From a virus, in IMG/VR virus record IMGVR_UViG_3300046817_000498: 64,000 nucleotides of DNA. One strand, 5' to 3'. The notes under the pieces are model-generated. The model was not told the origin of the DNA and ran no database searches. It worked only from the letters and a program-made list of their open reading frames with translations. The first letter of the stretch is position 1; every line of letters begins with the position of its first letter. Position numbers and translations under genes: made by a program. Positions 26,153-34,867 of this stretch are shown here, piece after piece.

Positions 26153-26463
26153 GCGCGGCCCTCCTCGATCCAGCAAATGTCCGGCTCGCGCAGGACGAGG
26201 AACGTCTCGCCCTCGATGTCGAGCTTCGGGTAGTCGAGGTACGTCCCGTTGCCGTAGCAGACGCGATCACCGACGCGCACGGCCATCGGCAAGAGCCCGC
26301 CGGTCTTCTCGTCCTTGAGGCCTGGCCCGACTGCAACGACCTCGCCGCGGGTGTCCTTCTCGTCGGAAACGACCTCGATGATCGAACTCAAGTTCTTGAG
26401 CCGGTCGAACGGCCGCACCAGGAGGTAGTCCCGGAGCGGTATGAACTTGATGCTGGCGCTCAT
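26149..26463 (-). CDS. groES: co-chaperonin GroES (Cpn10) homolog
   Basis: 104 aa. IPLRDYLLVRP ... GEVVAVGPG ... VRVGDRVCY ... FLVLREPDI follows the Cpn10 pattern. Confidence 0.8.
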   Translation of the reverse strand: MSASIKFIPLRDYLLVRPFDRLKNLSSIIEVVSDEKDTRGEVVAVGPGLKDEKTGGLLPMAVRVGDRVCYGNGTYLDYPKLDIEGETFLVLREPDICWIEEGRA

Positions 26464-26669
26464 TTCTTCGAGCCGTAGGCAGTCTTGAAAGCTGCCGTCT
26501 CTCCTTCGTCGGTCCCGCCGCCGTGCTGGATCGCGTAGCGCATCGCGGCTCTTTGACGATCATGCTGGTAGTGAGGGCCTTCACCGGATTTCCCGGTATT
26601 CAGCTCTCCGGCTTCCTTTTTCCCGACGTGGCCGGGGTTTCGGCCCGTCGTCGCGTCGTGCTGGCCCAC
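26460..26669 (-). CDS. hydrophilic His/Gly/Lys-rich protein, paralog of the C-terminus of 26674..27030
   Basis: GTG 26669 lies 4 nt after the upstream stop. VGQHDATTGRNPGHVGKKEAGELNTGKSGEGPHYQH parallels MGQHDKITGREASHAGKHDGRTGEHNTGRTDGVVYRH. Confidence 0.45.
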   Translation of the reverse strand: MGQHDATTGRNPGHVGKKEAGELNTGKSGEGPHYQHDRQRAAMRYAIQHGGGTDEGETAAFKTAYGSKK

Positions 26670-26673
26670 GGCC

Positions 26674-27030
26674 CTAGTACCCGGCCTTCGCGTGGCGGTA
26701 GACCACTCCGTCCGTGCGCCCGGTGTTGTGCTCGCCCGTGCGTCCGTCATGCTTCCCGGCGTGGCTGGCTTCGCGCCCGGTGATCTTGTCGTGCTGCCCC
26801 ATCCCGACGCCCCCGGTGATCGCCTCCTTGCGCTCGCCGCTCTTGTCGGCCGCGCTCGAGGCTTCCGGGATCCGCTCTCCGCTGACGCCTTGCGCGCCAT
26901 GGACGCGGTCTGCCTTCGGGACGCTGACTTTGCGCTGGCCCGAGCTGTCGCTCGAGGTTGCGCCCTTGGGTTCCTTTTCGCCGCTCTCACCCTTCAGGCC
27001 CTTCGTGGTTCCTGTCTGGCTCATCTTCAT
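26674..27030 (-). CDS. hydrophilic Gly/Lys/Glu/His-rich protein
   Basis: 118 aa, probably disordered. Confidence 0.45.
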   Translation of the reverse strand: MKMSQTGTTKGLKGESGEKEPKGATSSDSSGQRKVSVPKADRVHGAQGVSGERIPEASSAADKSGERKEAITGGVGMGQHDKITGREASHAGKHDGRTGEHNTGRTDGVVYRHAKAGY

Positions 27031-27202
27031 GTTCGATCTCCTTCAGTTCGTTGCGGATATGCTGCGCCAGCCGTTGCCGGTACTCGACGTTCATCTCCAG
27101 CTCGTAACGCTCGACGAGGCGAGCGGCCAGGAGCATCCCCGCGCGAAACCCCGGAAGTGGGTCAGTGCGGACAAGGTGAAGTCTAGGCGTGCGGTTCGGC
27201 AT
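26987..27202 (-). CDS. hypothetical protein
   Basis: 71-aa ORF overlapping the downstream start by 44 nt. Confidence 0.3.
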   Translation of the reverse strand: MPNRTPRLHLVRTDPLPGFRAGMLLAARLVERYELEMNVEYRQRLAQHIRNELKEIEHEDEPDRNHEGPEG

Positions 27203-27229
27203 TGTCCAGCGCCTCCGATGTTCGCGTCG

Positions 27230-27523
27230 TCACCAGCTCCTCCGGTGGTTCCTGTGCCGGAAGTGCGACCGATCGAGGATCGCCCGGCGCTCTTTTCCTG
27301 ACCGCGCGCCGCCGAGGTGCCATTTACCGCAGTACTCGCAGCGGTACGGCTGCACAAACCCGCGCACCTCCATCCGGATCTTCGTTCGCGCAATATCGAA
27401 CGAGTCGAATCCCTGCTTCCCGGAGCACTTCGCCAGCGTGAAGTCGCGCTCGACGTTCGCCCGCTGCCGCGCAACGGCGAGGCGGATCAAGTGGCCGAGC
27501 TCCTCCATCTCCTTCTCGGTCAT
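27230..27523 (-). CDS. hypothetical zinc-ribbon protein
   Basis: 97 aa with YRCEYCGKWH near the C-terminus. Confidence 0.4.
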   Translation of the reverse strand: MTEKEMEELGHLIRLAVARQRANVERDFTLAKCSGKQGFDSFDIARTKIRMEVRGFVQPYRCEYCGKWHLGGARSGKERRAILDRSHFRHRNHRRSW

Positions 27524-27858
27524 CCGAGCGTCGCCTGTGGGGTGAGAATCGCCACGACGCGCGGGACGTCGCGCGCCTGGTCGTCGGTCGGCCAGCCGTG
27601 GACCTCAACTTGGATCCCGGCCGTGAGCACCTTCGGCAGGTTCTCGTGGTTCCTGATCTTCGCGATCCGGTGCGAGGCGTTCGTGCTGTCGGTGGTCTGG
27701 ACCGCGACAACCTCGCCCGGGCCGCGCAAGGCGAGGATATCGCAGAAGCCCCAGAGGTCGTGCCGCCGGCGCTTGAACCAGTGCTCGACGACGGTGCAGA
27801 AGAACCCCTGCTGGCGCAGGTATGCGAGCGAGCGTTGCGTCGGGCTTTTCGTGGTCAT
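27520..27858 (-). CDS. PD-(D/E)XK nuclease, Holliday-junction-resolvase-like
   Basis: 112 aa. SLAYLRQQGFFCTVVEHW..DLWGFCDILAL..EVVAVQTT fits a restriction-endonuclease-fold D...(D/E)xK-type core. Confidence 0.5.
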   Translation of the reverse strand: MTTKSPTQRSLAYLRQQGFFCTVVEHWFKRRRHDLWGFCDILALRGPGEVVAVQTTDSTNASHRIAKIRNHENLPKVLTAGIQVEVHGWPTDDQARDVPRVVAILTPQATLG

Positions 27859-28040
27859 CGGTTCCTCGTTTCCGCCCAGCGGATCAGCGCCTCGTCCCAG
27901 AGGTCACCTTCCTTGCGGGCCATGTACTCGATCGTGATCCATCGCTCCTGGTCGCCCTCAACCACGCGCAGGCTGCGCGAAACGCGCGAGTTCGCCCATG
28001 GGTTCGGGTCGTAGTCACTGGCTTGCCGCTGCGCCATGTT
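27855..28040 (-). CDS. hypothetical protein
   Basis: 61 aa from the ATG at 28040 (MAQRQASDYD). Confidence 0.35.
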   Translation of the reverse strand, partial: NMAQRQASDYDPNPWANSRVSRSLRVVEGDQERWITIEYMARKEGDLWDEALIRWAETRNR

Positions 28041-28371
28041 CTTCGTCGTCCTGCCCTGGCTCGCGGTCCTTGTCTCCGCCGAGCTGCCGCAGCGCGTCCC
28101 GCGCCATGTTGAACGCATCCCTCGAGCAGGCGTTCGCCAGCACCCACCGCCAGTTGGCGATGATCTGTTCGCGCGTTCGGGTGTTGCGGAGGTGCCGGGA
28201 GGTGTAGGTCGCGATGTCCTTGATCGCCTCGCGCGCTCGAGCTGGTGAAGCGCGCGGAGTTTCCGCTGCAGGCGCTTCTGACGCCGGACGCGCGGCCGCT
28301 GGCTTGACCCACCCGCAGATGCAGCCGCGCACGTCCTCGCGGACCTCGGCGCGACATTCAGGACACCGCAT
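28015..28371 (-). CDS. hypothetical zinc-finger protein
   Basis: 118 aa. N-terminus MRCPECRAEV..CICGW. Confidence 0.4.
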   Translation of the reverse strand: MRCPECRAEVREDVRGCICGWVKPAAARPASEAPAAETPRASPARAREAIKDIATYTSRHLRNTRTREQIIANWRWVLANACSRDAFNMARDALRQLGGDKDREPGQDDEEHGAAASQ

Positions 28372-29050
28372 GGAGTTCTCCCTGATACTGAGCGAATTTA
28401 GTTCGATTGAACAACGTCGCCGGACGCAGGTACGGGGCCATCTTCTCGTTCCCGGTCCACTCCCGGCACTTCTTCGCCACGACCGCGCGGAGCTCGTCGA
28501 TCGTCGCCCCGTCCTTCAACCTCGCTTCGATCATCTCAAGGTTCGCGCGGACGGCCTGGTAGTGTCTCCCGGTCTTCTCGTTCAGGAAGGCGAGGACCTC
28601 CCGGGCTTGTCCCTTGAAAGGCAGACGGGCGTCGGGCCTGCCCGACGTTGTAGTTGGTGATCTATTCTCTGTCTCTGTCTCTAGTAACGCTGGTGTTACG
28701 CTGCCAGCGTTACGATGGCGTTTCACCCGTTGGTAGCTAAGTGCCCGAGACTTCGCGCTTTTCCCGTTGTGGCGGTCGAAGTTCGGGATGCACGTACCGT
28801 TCAACCACCCGACCTTCTGCATGGCGTCGGCGAACCCTGCAACGCCGGTGAGCGCATCAATGCGTTTCAAAAGCGTTTCATTTGTAACGCTCCGAGCGTT
28901 ACCGTCTTCTGTCTGTTCGTCGAACCAGAACCAGACCCGAAGGAGTTTCCCCATCACGGCATCGGGCTCGATCCCGAGCGCCTCAGCGATGCCCCAGACT
29001 TCCGGCTTGTCCGGGGTCGCGCGCTCGAGCTTGATCCAGTCCCCGGCCAT
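28358..29050 (-). CDS. phage replication protein (replisome organiser-like)
   Basis: 230 aa from ATG 29050. The C-terminal EVLAFLNEKTGRHYQAV..IEARLKDGATIDELRAVVAKKCREW..MAPYLRPATLFNRTKFAQY matches the conserved phage C-terminal domain of O/DnaD-like proteins. Confidence 0.65.
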   Translation of the reverse strand: MAGDWIKLERATPDKPEVWGIAEALGIEPDAVMGKLLRVWFWFDEQTEDGNARSVTNETLLKRIDALTGVAGFADAMQKVGWLNGTCIPNFDRHNGKSAKSRALSYQRVKRHRNAGSVTPALLETETENRSPTTTSGRPDARLPFKGQAREVLAFLNEKTGRHYQAVRANLEMIEARLKDGATIDELRAVVAKKCREWTGNEKMAPYLRPATLFNRTKFAQYQGELHAVS

Positions 29051-29286
29051 TAGAAGCGCACCCGCGCCCTGCCCTTCGAGGTCAGGCCTTGAGCGACCAG
29101 AAGCGCCCGGCGCTGCCGTTGTCGCTGGCGCTCGGCTAGGCGACGCGATCGAGACGGCGGCCGCTTCTCTCGTGGCGTGTACGGCGCGGTGCCATCGCCC
29201 CGAGTCACGATCCCGACCACGAGCCGAGCCCCGGCGATCGGGGCCACGCGCGGGCACAACCAGGCCGGCCAGAGGTCGAAGTTCAC
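29050..29286 (-). CDS. hypothetical basic protein
   Basis: 78 aa from GTG 29286 (GTGA coupling). Confidence 0.35.
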   Translation of the reverse strand: MNFDLWPAWLCPRVAPIAGARLVVGIVTRGDGTAPYTPREKRPPSRSRRLAERQRQRQRRALLVAQGLTSKGRARVRF

Positions 29287-30035
29287 AGGAGCGCGGCCTG
29301 AACGCTCGTCGGTGCCGTCTTCTCGAACAACGACCCCTGACGCTCGGCCTCCTCCAGCCGCTTGCACGCGGTCTCGAAGTGCTCGGCCTCTATCTCAACG
29401 CCGATAAAGTCCCGGCCCTGTTGGACGGCCGCGATCCCGGTCGTGCCGCTTCCCATGAACGGGTCGATCACGAGCGCGCGGTTCGCAGCTCGCACGAGCT
29501 CGCCGAGGACGAACACCGGCTTCTCGGTCGGGTGGAAGACGTTGCCAGATCGGTCGCAGTTGATCACGTTTCCGGCACCCCAGCCGACGTCAAGGTTCCC
29601 GCGGGCCCCCCAGCAAATTAACTCGTGCTGGCTGCGCCACTTCACCCCGAGGCCTCCGTGGCCCTTGTTCCAGACGATCATCGAGCGCACGCGGAAGCCG
29701 CCGTCCTCGATCGCGTCGAACGTGTTCGGCCACATGCGCCAGTCGGTGAACAGGTAGACCTCGGCCACCCGGAAGCCTTGGCAGATGCCGCGCATCAAGC
29801 GAAGGTATCCCCGGGTCGAGTAGGTGTCGCCCGTGATCCGCGCTCCGGTCGTGGTGCCGATGGAGCCGGACCCCTTGCCCGCCTCCTGGTAGCCGCCCGA
29901 GCTGTAGGGCGGGTCCGATATGATGGCCGACGCGAAGGGGAGGCGGGCGAACTCCCCGGCCTCCAGCATGTCCCGCACGTCTCCGAGGTACAGGGTCGCC
30001 CGACCGACGACCCGCTTGTCCTTCCACCCGCCCAT
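29283..30035 (-). CDS. DNA methyltransferase, beta-class (N6-adenine or N4-cytosine)
   Basis: 250 aa. Motif IV IISDPPY is N-terminal and motif I VIDPFMGSGTTG is C-terminal. Confidence 0.8.
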   Translation of the reverse strand: MGGWKDKRVVGRATLYLGDVRDMLEAGEFARLPFASAIISDPPYSSGGYQEAGKGSGSIGTTTGARITGDTYSTRGYLRLMRGICQGFRVAEVYLFTDWRMWPNTFDAIEDGGFRVRSMIVWNKGHGGLGVKWRSQHELICWGARGNLDVGWGAGNVINCDRSGNVFHPTEKPVFVLGELVRAANRALVIDPFMGSGTTGIAAVQQGRDFIGVEIEAEHFETACKRLEEAERQGSLFEKTAPTSVQAALL

Positions 30036-30052
30036 CTACACCTCCACGAGGG

Positions 30053-30259
30053 TTAGGCTGCGACTGCTTCCGCCCGGCGCTCTGCGTCGGCCAGCTTGAC
30101 CAGTTGTTGAGCTCGGGTCCGGGATAACGGCTTCCCCGGCTGGCCGAGGGCCTCGGCAATCTCGGCCCAGCTCTTACCTTTGTCGCGCAGCACCAAAGCC
30201 TTCCGGCGGCGCTTCCTCGCCTCGGCGGCGAGTCGTTCGTTGAATTTGTGGAAGTCCAT
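30053..30259 (-). CDS. small HTH regulator
   Basis: 68 aa from ATG 30259. LRDKGKSWAEIAEALG..LSRTRAQQLV is a helix-turn-helix. First gene of the leftward unit, facing the divergent promoter region. Confidence 0.55.
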   Translation of the reverse strand: MDFHKFNERLAAEARKRRRKALVLRDKGKSWAEIAEALGQPGKPLSRTRAQQLVKLADAERRAEAVAA

Positions 30260-30267
30260 GGGCGGCG

Positions 30268-30296
30268 ATAGTACCCCCCTTTCGGGAAAATGTACA
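30268..30296 (-). promoter_or_regulatory. putative sigma70-type promoter for the HTH gene, near-leaderless
   Basis: On the minus strand: TGTACA, 17 nt, TACTAT. The -10 element ends 8 nt before the ATG and no Shine-Dalgarno is present. Confidence 0.35.
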
Positions 30297-30315
30297 GGGG
30301 CACCCCACCGGGGGC

Positions 30316-30345
30316 TTGACACCCGCTCGGTTCTTCCCTTAGTAT
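30316..30345 (+). promoter_or_regulatory. putative sigma70-type early promoter
   Basis: TTGACA (30316-30321), 18 nt, TAGTAT (30340-30345). CAGGAGG Shine-Dalgarno before ATG 30393. Confidence 0.45.
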
Positions 30346-30392
30346 TCGGCTTGTAGGGCGGCAATCCAGCCACCCGCAAACAGGAGGCCCCG

Positions 30393-30926
30393 ATGTCTTA
30401 CACCCTAACGAAGATCAAAACCTTCCGCGGCATGGAAGGCCAAGGCCTGAACGCCACCCTCATGCACAACGGCGAGGCCATCGCGTTCGTGCTCGACGAC
30501 GCAAACGGCGGCGAGGTCCACTTCGATTTCCGCAACCCCGGCCAGACCCCGAAGTCCTTCAACGCCACGACCAACGAAGACGCCGACCGCGAGGAGAAGG
30601 AGTTCGGCGAGTACTGCCTCGTCTGGTTCCTCGAATCCGGCGGGCAAGCCGAACGCGCCGAGCGCCACAAGGAGTTCGCCGCCGATTGGGACAAGCCGCC
30701 GCACGCGAGCGTGGCGATGGAGTATTGGGTCAACCATCACGTGGACGAGGCGCTGAACAAGCGCAGGTTCGACCGTCTGTCGAAGACCCGCACGCTGTTC
30801 CGTCTGGTCGGCGACAAGCCGGAAGTGTGGCGCACCATCAGCGCCCCGTGGTCGCCCGCTGTTCAAGCCTCCATCGAAAAGAAATACGGCGCGGACAAGA
30901 TCGCCACCGTCTGGAGGGCGTCATGA
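30393..30926 (+). CDS. hypothetical early protein
   Basis: 177 aa, with a strong RBS. First gene of the rightward operon. Confidence 0.6.
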   Translation: MSYTLTKIKTFRGMEGQGLNATLMHNGEAIAFVLDDANGGEVHFDFRNPGQTPKSFNATTNEDADREEKEFGEYCLVWFLESGGQAERAERHKEFAADWDKPPHASVAMEYWVNHHVDEALNKRRFDRLSKTRTLFRLVGDKPEVWRTISAPWSPAVQASIEKKYGADKIATVWRAS

Positions 30927-31396
30927 CCCGCGCCCAACGAGTGGCCGAGCGTTGCGACGACGCCTTTTCCTTCGATCGCTACTTGAGTTGGCGCGGGTGC
31001 GCGACTGCGGTCCTCGCGCTCGGGTTCAACGAGCAGGAGACCGAGGCCGTTCTGCGGAGCAAGTTCACCAGATGGGCGGCGGACTCCTCGGACAAGTCCT
31101 ACGGGTACGCGACGGGCGCTGACCTGTCGCGCTGGATGCAGAAGACGTACCCGGGCGAGAAGTTGAAGAAGGAGGTCGAGCAACTCACGCGCGAGACCTT
31201 CGGCGACAACTACAAACGCCGTGGCGGCGTGATCGTTGCCCGACGACTCGTCGATAGCGATGCCATCCTCGAAGTGCGGCACGATCCGGAAGACGGCGTC
31301 GTGCTGGAGTTGAAGTGCGCCGGGGCGCTGCATGCCGACCTGATCGGCAAGGCGCTGATCGACGGCCTTGTCTCGTTCGATTCGAGGGCGGAGTAG
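30923..31396 (+). CDS. hypothetical early protein
   Basis: 157 aa from ATG 30923 (ATGA coupling). Confidence 0.5.
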   Translation: MTRAQRVAERCDDAFSFDRYLSWRGCATAVLALGFNEQETEAVLRSKFTRWAADSSDKSYGYATGADLSRWMQKTYPGEKLKKEVEQLTRETFGDNYKRRGGVIVARRLVDSDAILEVRHDPEDGVVLELKCAGALHADLIGKALIDGLVSFDSRAE

Positions 31397-31399
31397 CCG

Positions 31400-31615
31400 A
31401 TGACCGACCTCCACAAGCGCGTGAAGCGGCGGTCGATCGCACCGCATCGCGGTCGCCGCATCGTGGTCTCGCTCGAACCGGGCGACCTGATCGGTCTCCG
31501 CGAGGAGCGGACCCGCAAGACCTACTACTTCCCCATCGCGGCCGCGTTCGACTTCGCGGTCAAGATGTACGTCGCCGCCGCGCGCCGGGAGAAGGCCAAG
31601 GCGAAACAGAAGTAA
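31400..31615 (+). CDS. hypothetical basic protein
   Basis: 71-aa ORF. Confidence 0.45.
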   Translation: MTDLHKRVKRRSIAPHRGRRIVVSLEPGDLIGLREERTRKTYYFPIAAAFDFAVKMYVAAARREKAKAKQK

Positions 31616-31656
31616 CGGACGCGCCCACGATTTGGGCGCACAACAAGGAGAGCAAC

Positions 31657-32154
31657 ATGCAGATGAACGAACGACCGGCACCGCTGGACTTCAACGAGGA
31701 TCCGCCCGACAACATGTACGAGGCCGTCTCCCGCGTCCTTCGCCACTTCGGCGATCAGGGCGCGACCATGGAGGAGGTGTGCGGCATGTTCCAGCGGAAC
31801 TGCCCGCAATGGAAGCCGGTGAGCGTCTCCCCGGTCTTGACCCTGCTGATCCGCGCCGGCTGCGCTCGCGAGGAGCGGAATTTCGGGACTCGGCGCATCT
31901 ACCACATGAAGTTGGTGACCCACGTCGAGATGGACGATATTCGAGCCCTTCAGCGCGAGGCGAAGGAGAAGGGGATGCGCGAGCGGATCGCGGCCGAACT
32001 CCCGACCCGCTCCGCTCCGGTGCTTGGTAAGGACATGGCGGTGGTCGTCCAAGGCGCGAAGATGATGCTCGCCATCGGAAAGAACAACACCATCGTGATC
32101 GAGGCCCGCGAAGCGCGCGAGCTCTACGAACAGTTGAAGGCGTTGTTCGGATGA
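31657..32154 (+). CDS. hypothetical protein, winged-helix-like N-terminus
   Basis: 165 aa from ATG 31657, with AAGGAG 7 nt upstream. Confidence 0.5.
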   Translation: MQMNERPAPLDFNEDPPDNMYEAVSRVLRHFGDQGATMEEVCGMFQRNCPQWKPVSVSPVLTLLIRAGCAREERNFGTRRIYHMKLVTHVEMDDIRALQREAKEKGMRERIAAELPTRSAPVLGKDMAVVVQGAKMMLAIGKNNTIVIEAREARELYEQLKALFG

Positions 32155-32390
32155 ACTCCATCCGCCGCCCGGTCGCGTTGTCGCTGACCCCGCGCCATGC
32201 TGTTATGGCGCTCGGGGTCTTCCGACGCGAGCGCAAGCGGTCCATGAAAAACCACGAGAAGGCGAAGGCGGACGGGTTCACGCCAGCGCCGGGCAAGTTC
32301 GACGCGAACCTGATGCGGGTATCGGTGCTCGACGACTTCATCGCTCAACTAGAGCGGCAGTTGGACGAGTTGACCAGGAGGGGCAAATGA
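32151..32390 (+). CDS. hypothetical protein
   Basis: 79 aa, ATGA coupling. Confidence 0.4.
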   Translation: MNSIRRPVALSLTPRHAVMALGVFRRERKRSMKNHEKAKADGFTPAPGKFDANLMRVSVLDDFIAQLERQLDELTRRGK

Positions 32391-32572
32391 CGTGCGAGGG
32401 CTGCAAGCGGATCAGGTTCAAGAGGTGCCAGGCGTGCGGCGGCGAGATCAACAGCTTCGGCGATCACCGCGAGCACCAGCGGCCGCGCCAAGTGTACGAG
32501 ACGAAGCGCGAGTGGCAGGAGGTGAACGGCACGCCCGAGCAGAAGGTGCCGGGCCGGAGGTCGCAGCCGTGA
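32387..32572 (+). CDS. small zinc-ribbon protein
   Basis: 61 aa with CEGC ... CQAC. Confidence 0.4.
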   Translation: MTCEGCKRIRFKRCQACGGEINSFGDHREHQRPRQVYETKREWQEVNGTPEQKVPGRRSQP

Positions 32573-32814
32573 AGAACCGCATCCTCGGATTGATGGCGGC
32601 GGCGTTGGCCTTCGGCCGCGACCTAATCACCTACCGCGACAAGGTTGTGCCATACATAGCGACCGTGCCGCACGACACACGGGAGAGGCGGATACCGGAA
32701 CGTCGGAAGTCTCGCGCCCCGAGCGGGCCGCAGCGATCGACCCGACGGGTTGCGATGGACCTCCGCGACGCGCGCAAGCGCAGGAACCAACTACGCGAAA
32801 AGGGGAAACGATGA
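32569..32814 (+). CDS. hypothetical protein with N-terminal TM
   Basis: 81 aa from GTG 32569 (GTGA coupling). Confidence 0.35.
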   Translation: MKNRILGLMAAALAFGRDLITYRDKVVPYIATVPHDTRERRIPERRKSRAPSGPQRSTRRVAMDLRDARKRRNQLREKGKR

Positions 32815-32978
32815 TCCAGCCTATGAGGTGCCCGCAATGCGGGTCCGAGTTGTGCGGTCCGATCCGGTGCCGCTTCTCCATGATCGAGCACAACGAGGCG
32901 AAGACCATGCCGCAGCCGCTCCAGCCAGCCGAGGCTTGCACCGAGCTCGGGATCGACGTGGAGCACCGCGATGAGTGA
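32811..32978 (+). CDS. 55-aa zinc-ribbon protein
   Basis: Hand translation gives MIQPMRCPQCGSELCGPIRC... Below the ORF-track cutoff. ATGA coupling. Confidence 0.35.
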   Translation: MIQPMRCPQCGSELCGPIRCRFSMIEHNEAKTMPQPLQPAEACTELGIDVEHRDE

Positions 32979-33378
32979 CCGCGAACACATGGGGACCGAG
33001 CAGAACGAGGCCGATCGTCAGTGGAACGGCCGGCGCGAGACGCTATACGATCACCCGCCGGAGTGGAACGCCAAGCTCGCCGGGATTCTTCTCGCGTGCA
33101 TCCTGTCGTTCGCCGCTGGCGTTGCGCTCGAAGATCAGATGACGCAAAGCCAGAAGATCACCGAGAAGGCGGACGAGGCGGTCCGCTTCGCCGCCAAGGT
33201 GCGCGCGTGCGAGAGCGACCCGAAAGCGGGCACGGCCGTCGCCCGTCAGAACGGCACGATCGAGTGCCACTCCTTGATGCCGCGCTTCGCGATGCCGCTC
33301 GAGGGCCAGCGATACAACCCGACCCGGCGCGAGCTGCGCCGGATTCTACGAACCGCCATGAAAGGAGAACAGCAATGA
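32971..33378 (+). CDS. membrane-anchored hypothetical protein
   Basis: 135 aa with one TM (LAGILLACILSFAAGVAL). Confidence 0.45.
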   Translation: MSDREHMGTEQNEADRQWNGRRETLYDHPPEWNAKLAGILLACILSFAAGVALEDQMTQSQKITEKADEAVRFAAKVRACESDPKAGTAVARQNGTIECHSLMPRFAMPLEGQRYNPTRRELRRILRTAMKGEQQ

Positions 33379-34127
33379 CGAGCAAGACCGACGTAGTCCC
33401 GAAGGGGCAAGCCTCCACCGCCGTGATCGCCACGGCGGATCCGTTCCTCGCGATGATCGAGAAGGTCGCCACGACGCCGAACATCAACGTCGACACCCTC
33501 GACCGACTCCTCGCGATGCAGGAGCGCGTGATGCTCTCCAACGCCGAGGAGGAGTTCAACGAGAAGATGACCGCGTGCCAGATGGAGATGAAGTCCATCG
33601 TCGCCGACGCGGAGAACCCGCAGACCCGCAGCAAGTACGCGACCTACCAGAAGCTCGACCGCGCGCTGCGGCCGCTCTACACGAAGCACGGGTTCGCGAT
33701 CAGCTTCAACACCGCGCCGATCGACGGCAAGGAGGCGGTCCGAGTGCTGGCCTACGTCTCCCGCGGGCGCTTCACGCGGCCCTACCAGGTGGACGTGCCG
33801 GCCGACGGCAAGGGCGCGAAGGGCGGAGACGTAATGACGAAGACGCACGCGGTCGGAGCCGCGATGTCCTACGGCGCCCGCTACCTCCTGAAGTTCATAT
33901 TCAACGTGGCGGTCGGCGAGGACGACACCGACGGGAACACTCCGAAGGACAAGCCTACCCCGGACGAGAAGGGGCGCAAGGTGCTCGAGGCATGTGGCTC
34001 CATGGCCTCGCTCGCCGAGGCGTGGAACAAGTTGAGCAAGGAACAGCGCCGGACGCTGGTCGAGGTCCGGGACGAGTGCAAAGCGAAGATCGCGGCCGCC
34101 GACAAGGCCGCAGCGGGGGCGAAGTGA
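33375..34127 (+). CDS. ERF-family single-strand annealing protein
   Basis: 250 aa from ATG 33375. NPQTRSKYATYQKLDRALRPLYTKHGFAISF and downstream blocks fit the essential recombination function family. Confidence 0.7.
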   Translation: MTSKTDVVPKGQASTAVIATADPFLAMIEKVATTPNINVDTLDRLLAMQERVMLSNAEEEFNEKMTACQMEMKSIVADAENPQTRSKYATYQKLDRALRPLYTKHGFAISFNTAPIDGKEAVRVLAYVSRGRFTRPYQVDVPADGKGAKGGDVMTKTHAVGAAMSYGARYLLKFIFNVAVGEDDTDGNTPKDKPTPDEKGRKVLEACGSMASLAEAWNKLSKEQRRTLVEVRDECKAKIAAADKAAAGAK

Positions 34128-34867
34128 GCACCGCCACCGAGATCGTCGCCTACAAGGCCACCGAGGCGGTCCTCGCGGATCTAGCCTCGAAGTACAAGGG
34201 GGTCGTCTTCAACGTCAAGGACTCGAAGGGCATGGAGGACGCGAAGGCGGCATACAAGGACATCGCCGCTCACAATAGAACGCTCGAAGCCGCGCGGGTC
34301 GCCGAGAAGGCCGCGAGCCTCGCCTACGGGCGGTTCGTGGATTCAGAGGCCCAGCGTATCGCCGAGCAGTTGGATGCGCTGCGGCTCCCGATCAAGGAGC
34401 AGATAGAGGCCGAGACAAAACGTGTCGAGCGCGAGCGCGAGGCCGCGATCCAAGCCGAGATGGCACGCCAAGAGGCCGAGGCCAGGGCGAGGAAGGAAGC
34501 CGAGGAACGGCGCATGGCCGAGGAACGCGCCGAGCTCGACCGCCAGCGGGCCAAGTTCGAGGCCGACCAGCGCGAAGCGCGCGAGCGGATCGCGGCCGAG
34601 GAGGAGCGCGTCCGGCGGGAGCGGGAGGTGGTTGAGCGGGCCCGGCGCGAGCAAGAGGAACGTGAACGTGCAGAGCGCATGGCGAAGGAACAGGCCGAGC
34701 GGACCGCGCGGCTCGCCGAAGAAGCGCGGCAACGCGCAGCGCAGAAGGCCGAGAACGACAAGGCCGACGCTCGCGGGATGCTTGCGAGCTTCGTCGAGCG
34801 GTACGGGAAGATCAAGGAGTTCGCCGACGTCGTGAAGGCGATCAAGCGGTACCAGGGGGGCAAATGA
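34124..34867 (+). CDS. coiled-coil Glu/Arg/Ala-rich protein
   Basis: 247 aa from GTG 34124. The long ER-rich helix lies between globular ends. Sits between the annealing protein and the exonuclease. Confidence 0.5.
   Translation: MSTATEIVAYKATEAVLADLASKYKGVVFNVKDSKGMEDAKAAYKDIAAHNRTLEAARVAEKAASLAYGRFVDSEAQRIAEQLDALRLPIKEQIEAETKRVEREREAAIQAEMARQEAEARARKEAEERRMAEERAELDRQRAKFEADQREARERIAAEEERVRREREVVERARREQEERERAERMAKEQAERTARLAEEARQRAAQKAENDKADARGMLASFVERYGKIKEFADVVKAIKRYQGGK

Noticed and set aside
26660-26680. A programmed frameshift joining 26674..27030 to 26460..26669.
   Set aside because: Joining would need a +1 shift with no slippery or stall motif. A GTG start 4 nt after the stop explains the second ORF as an independent paralog.
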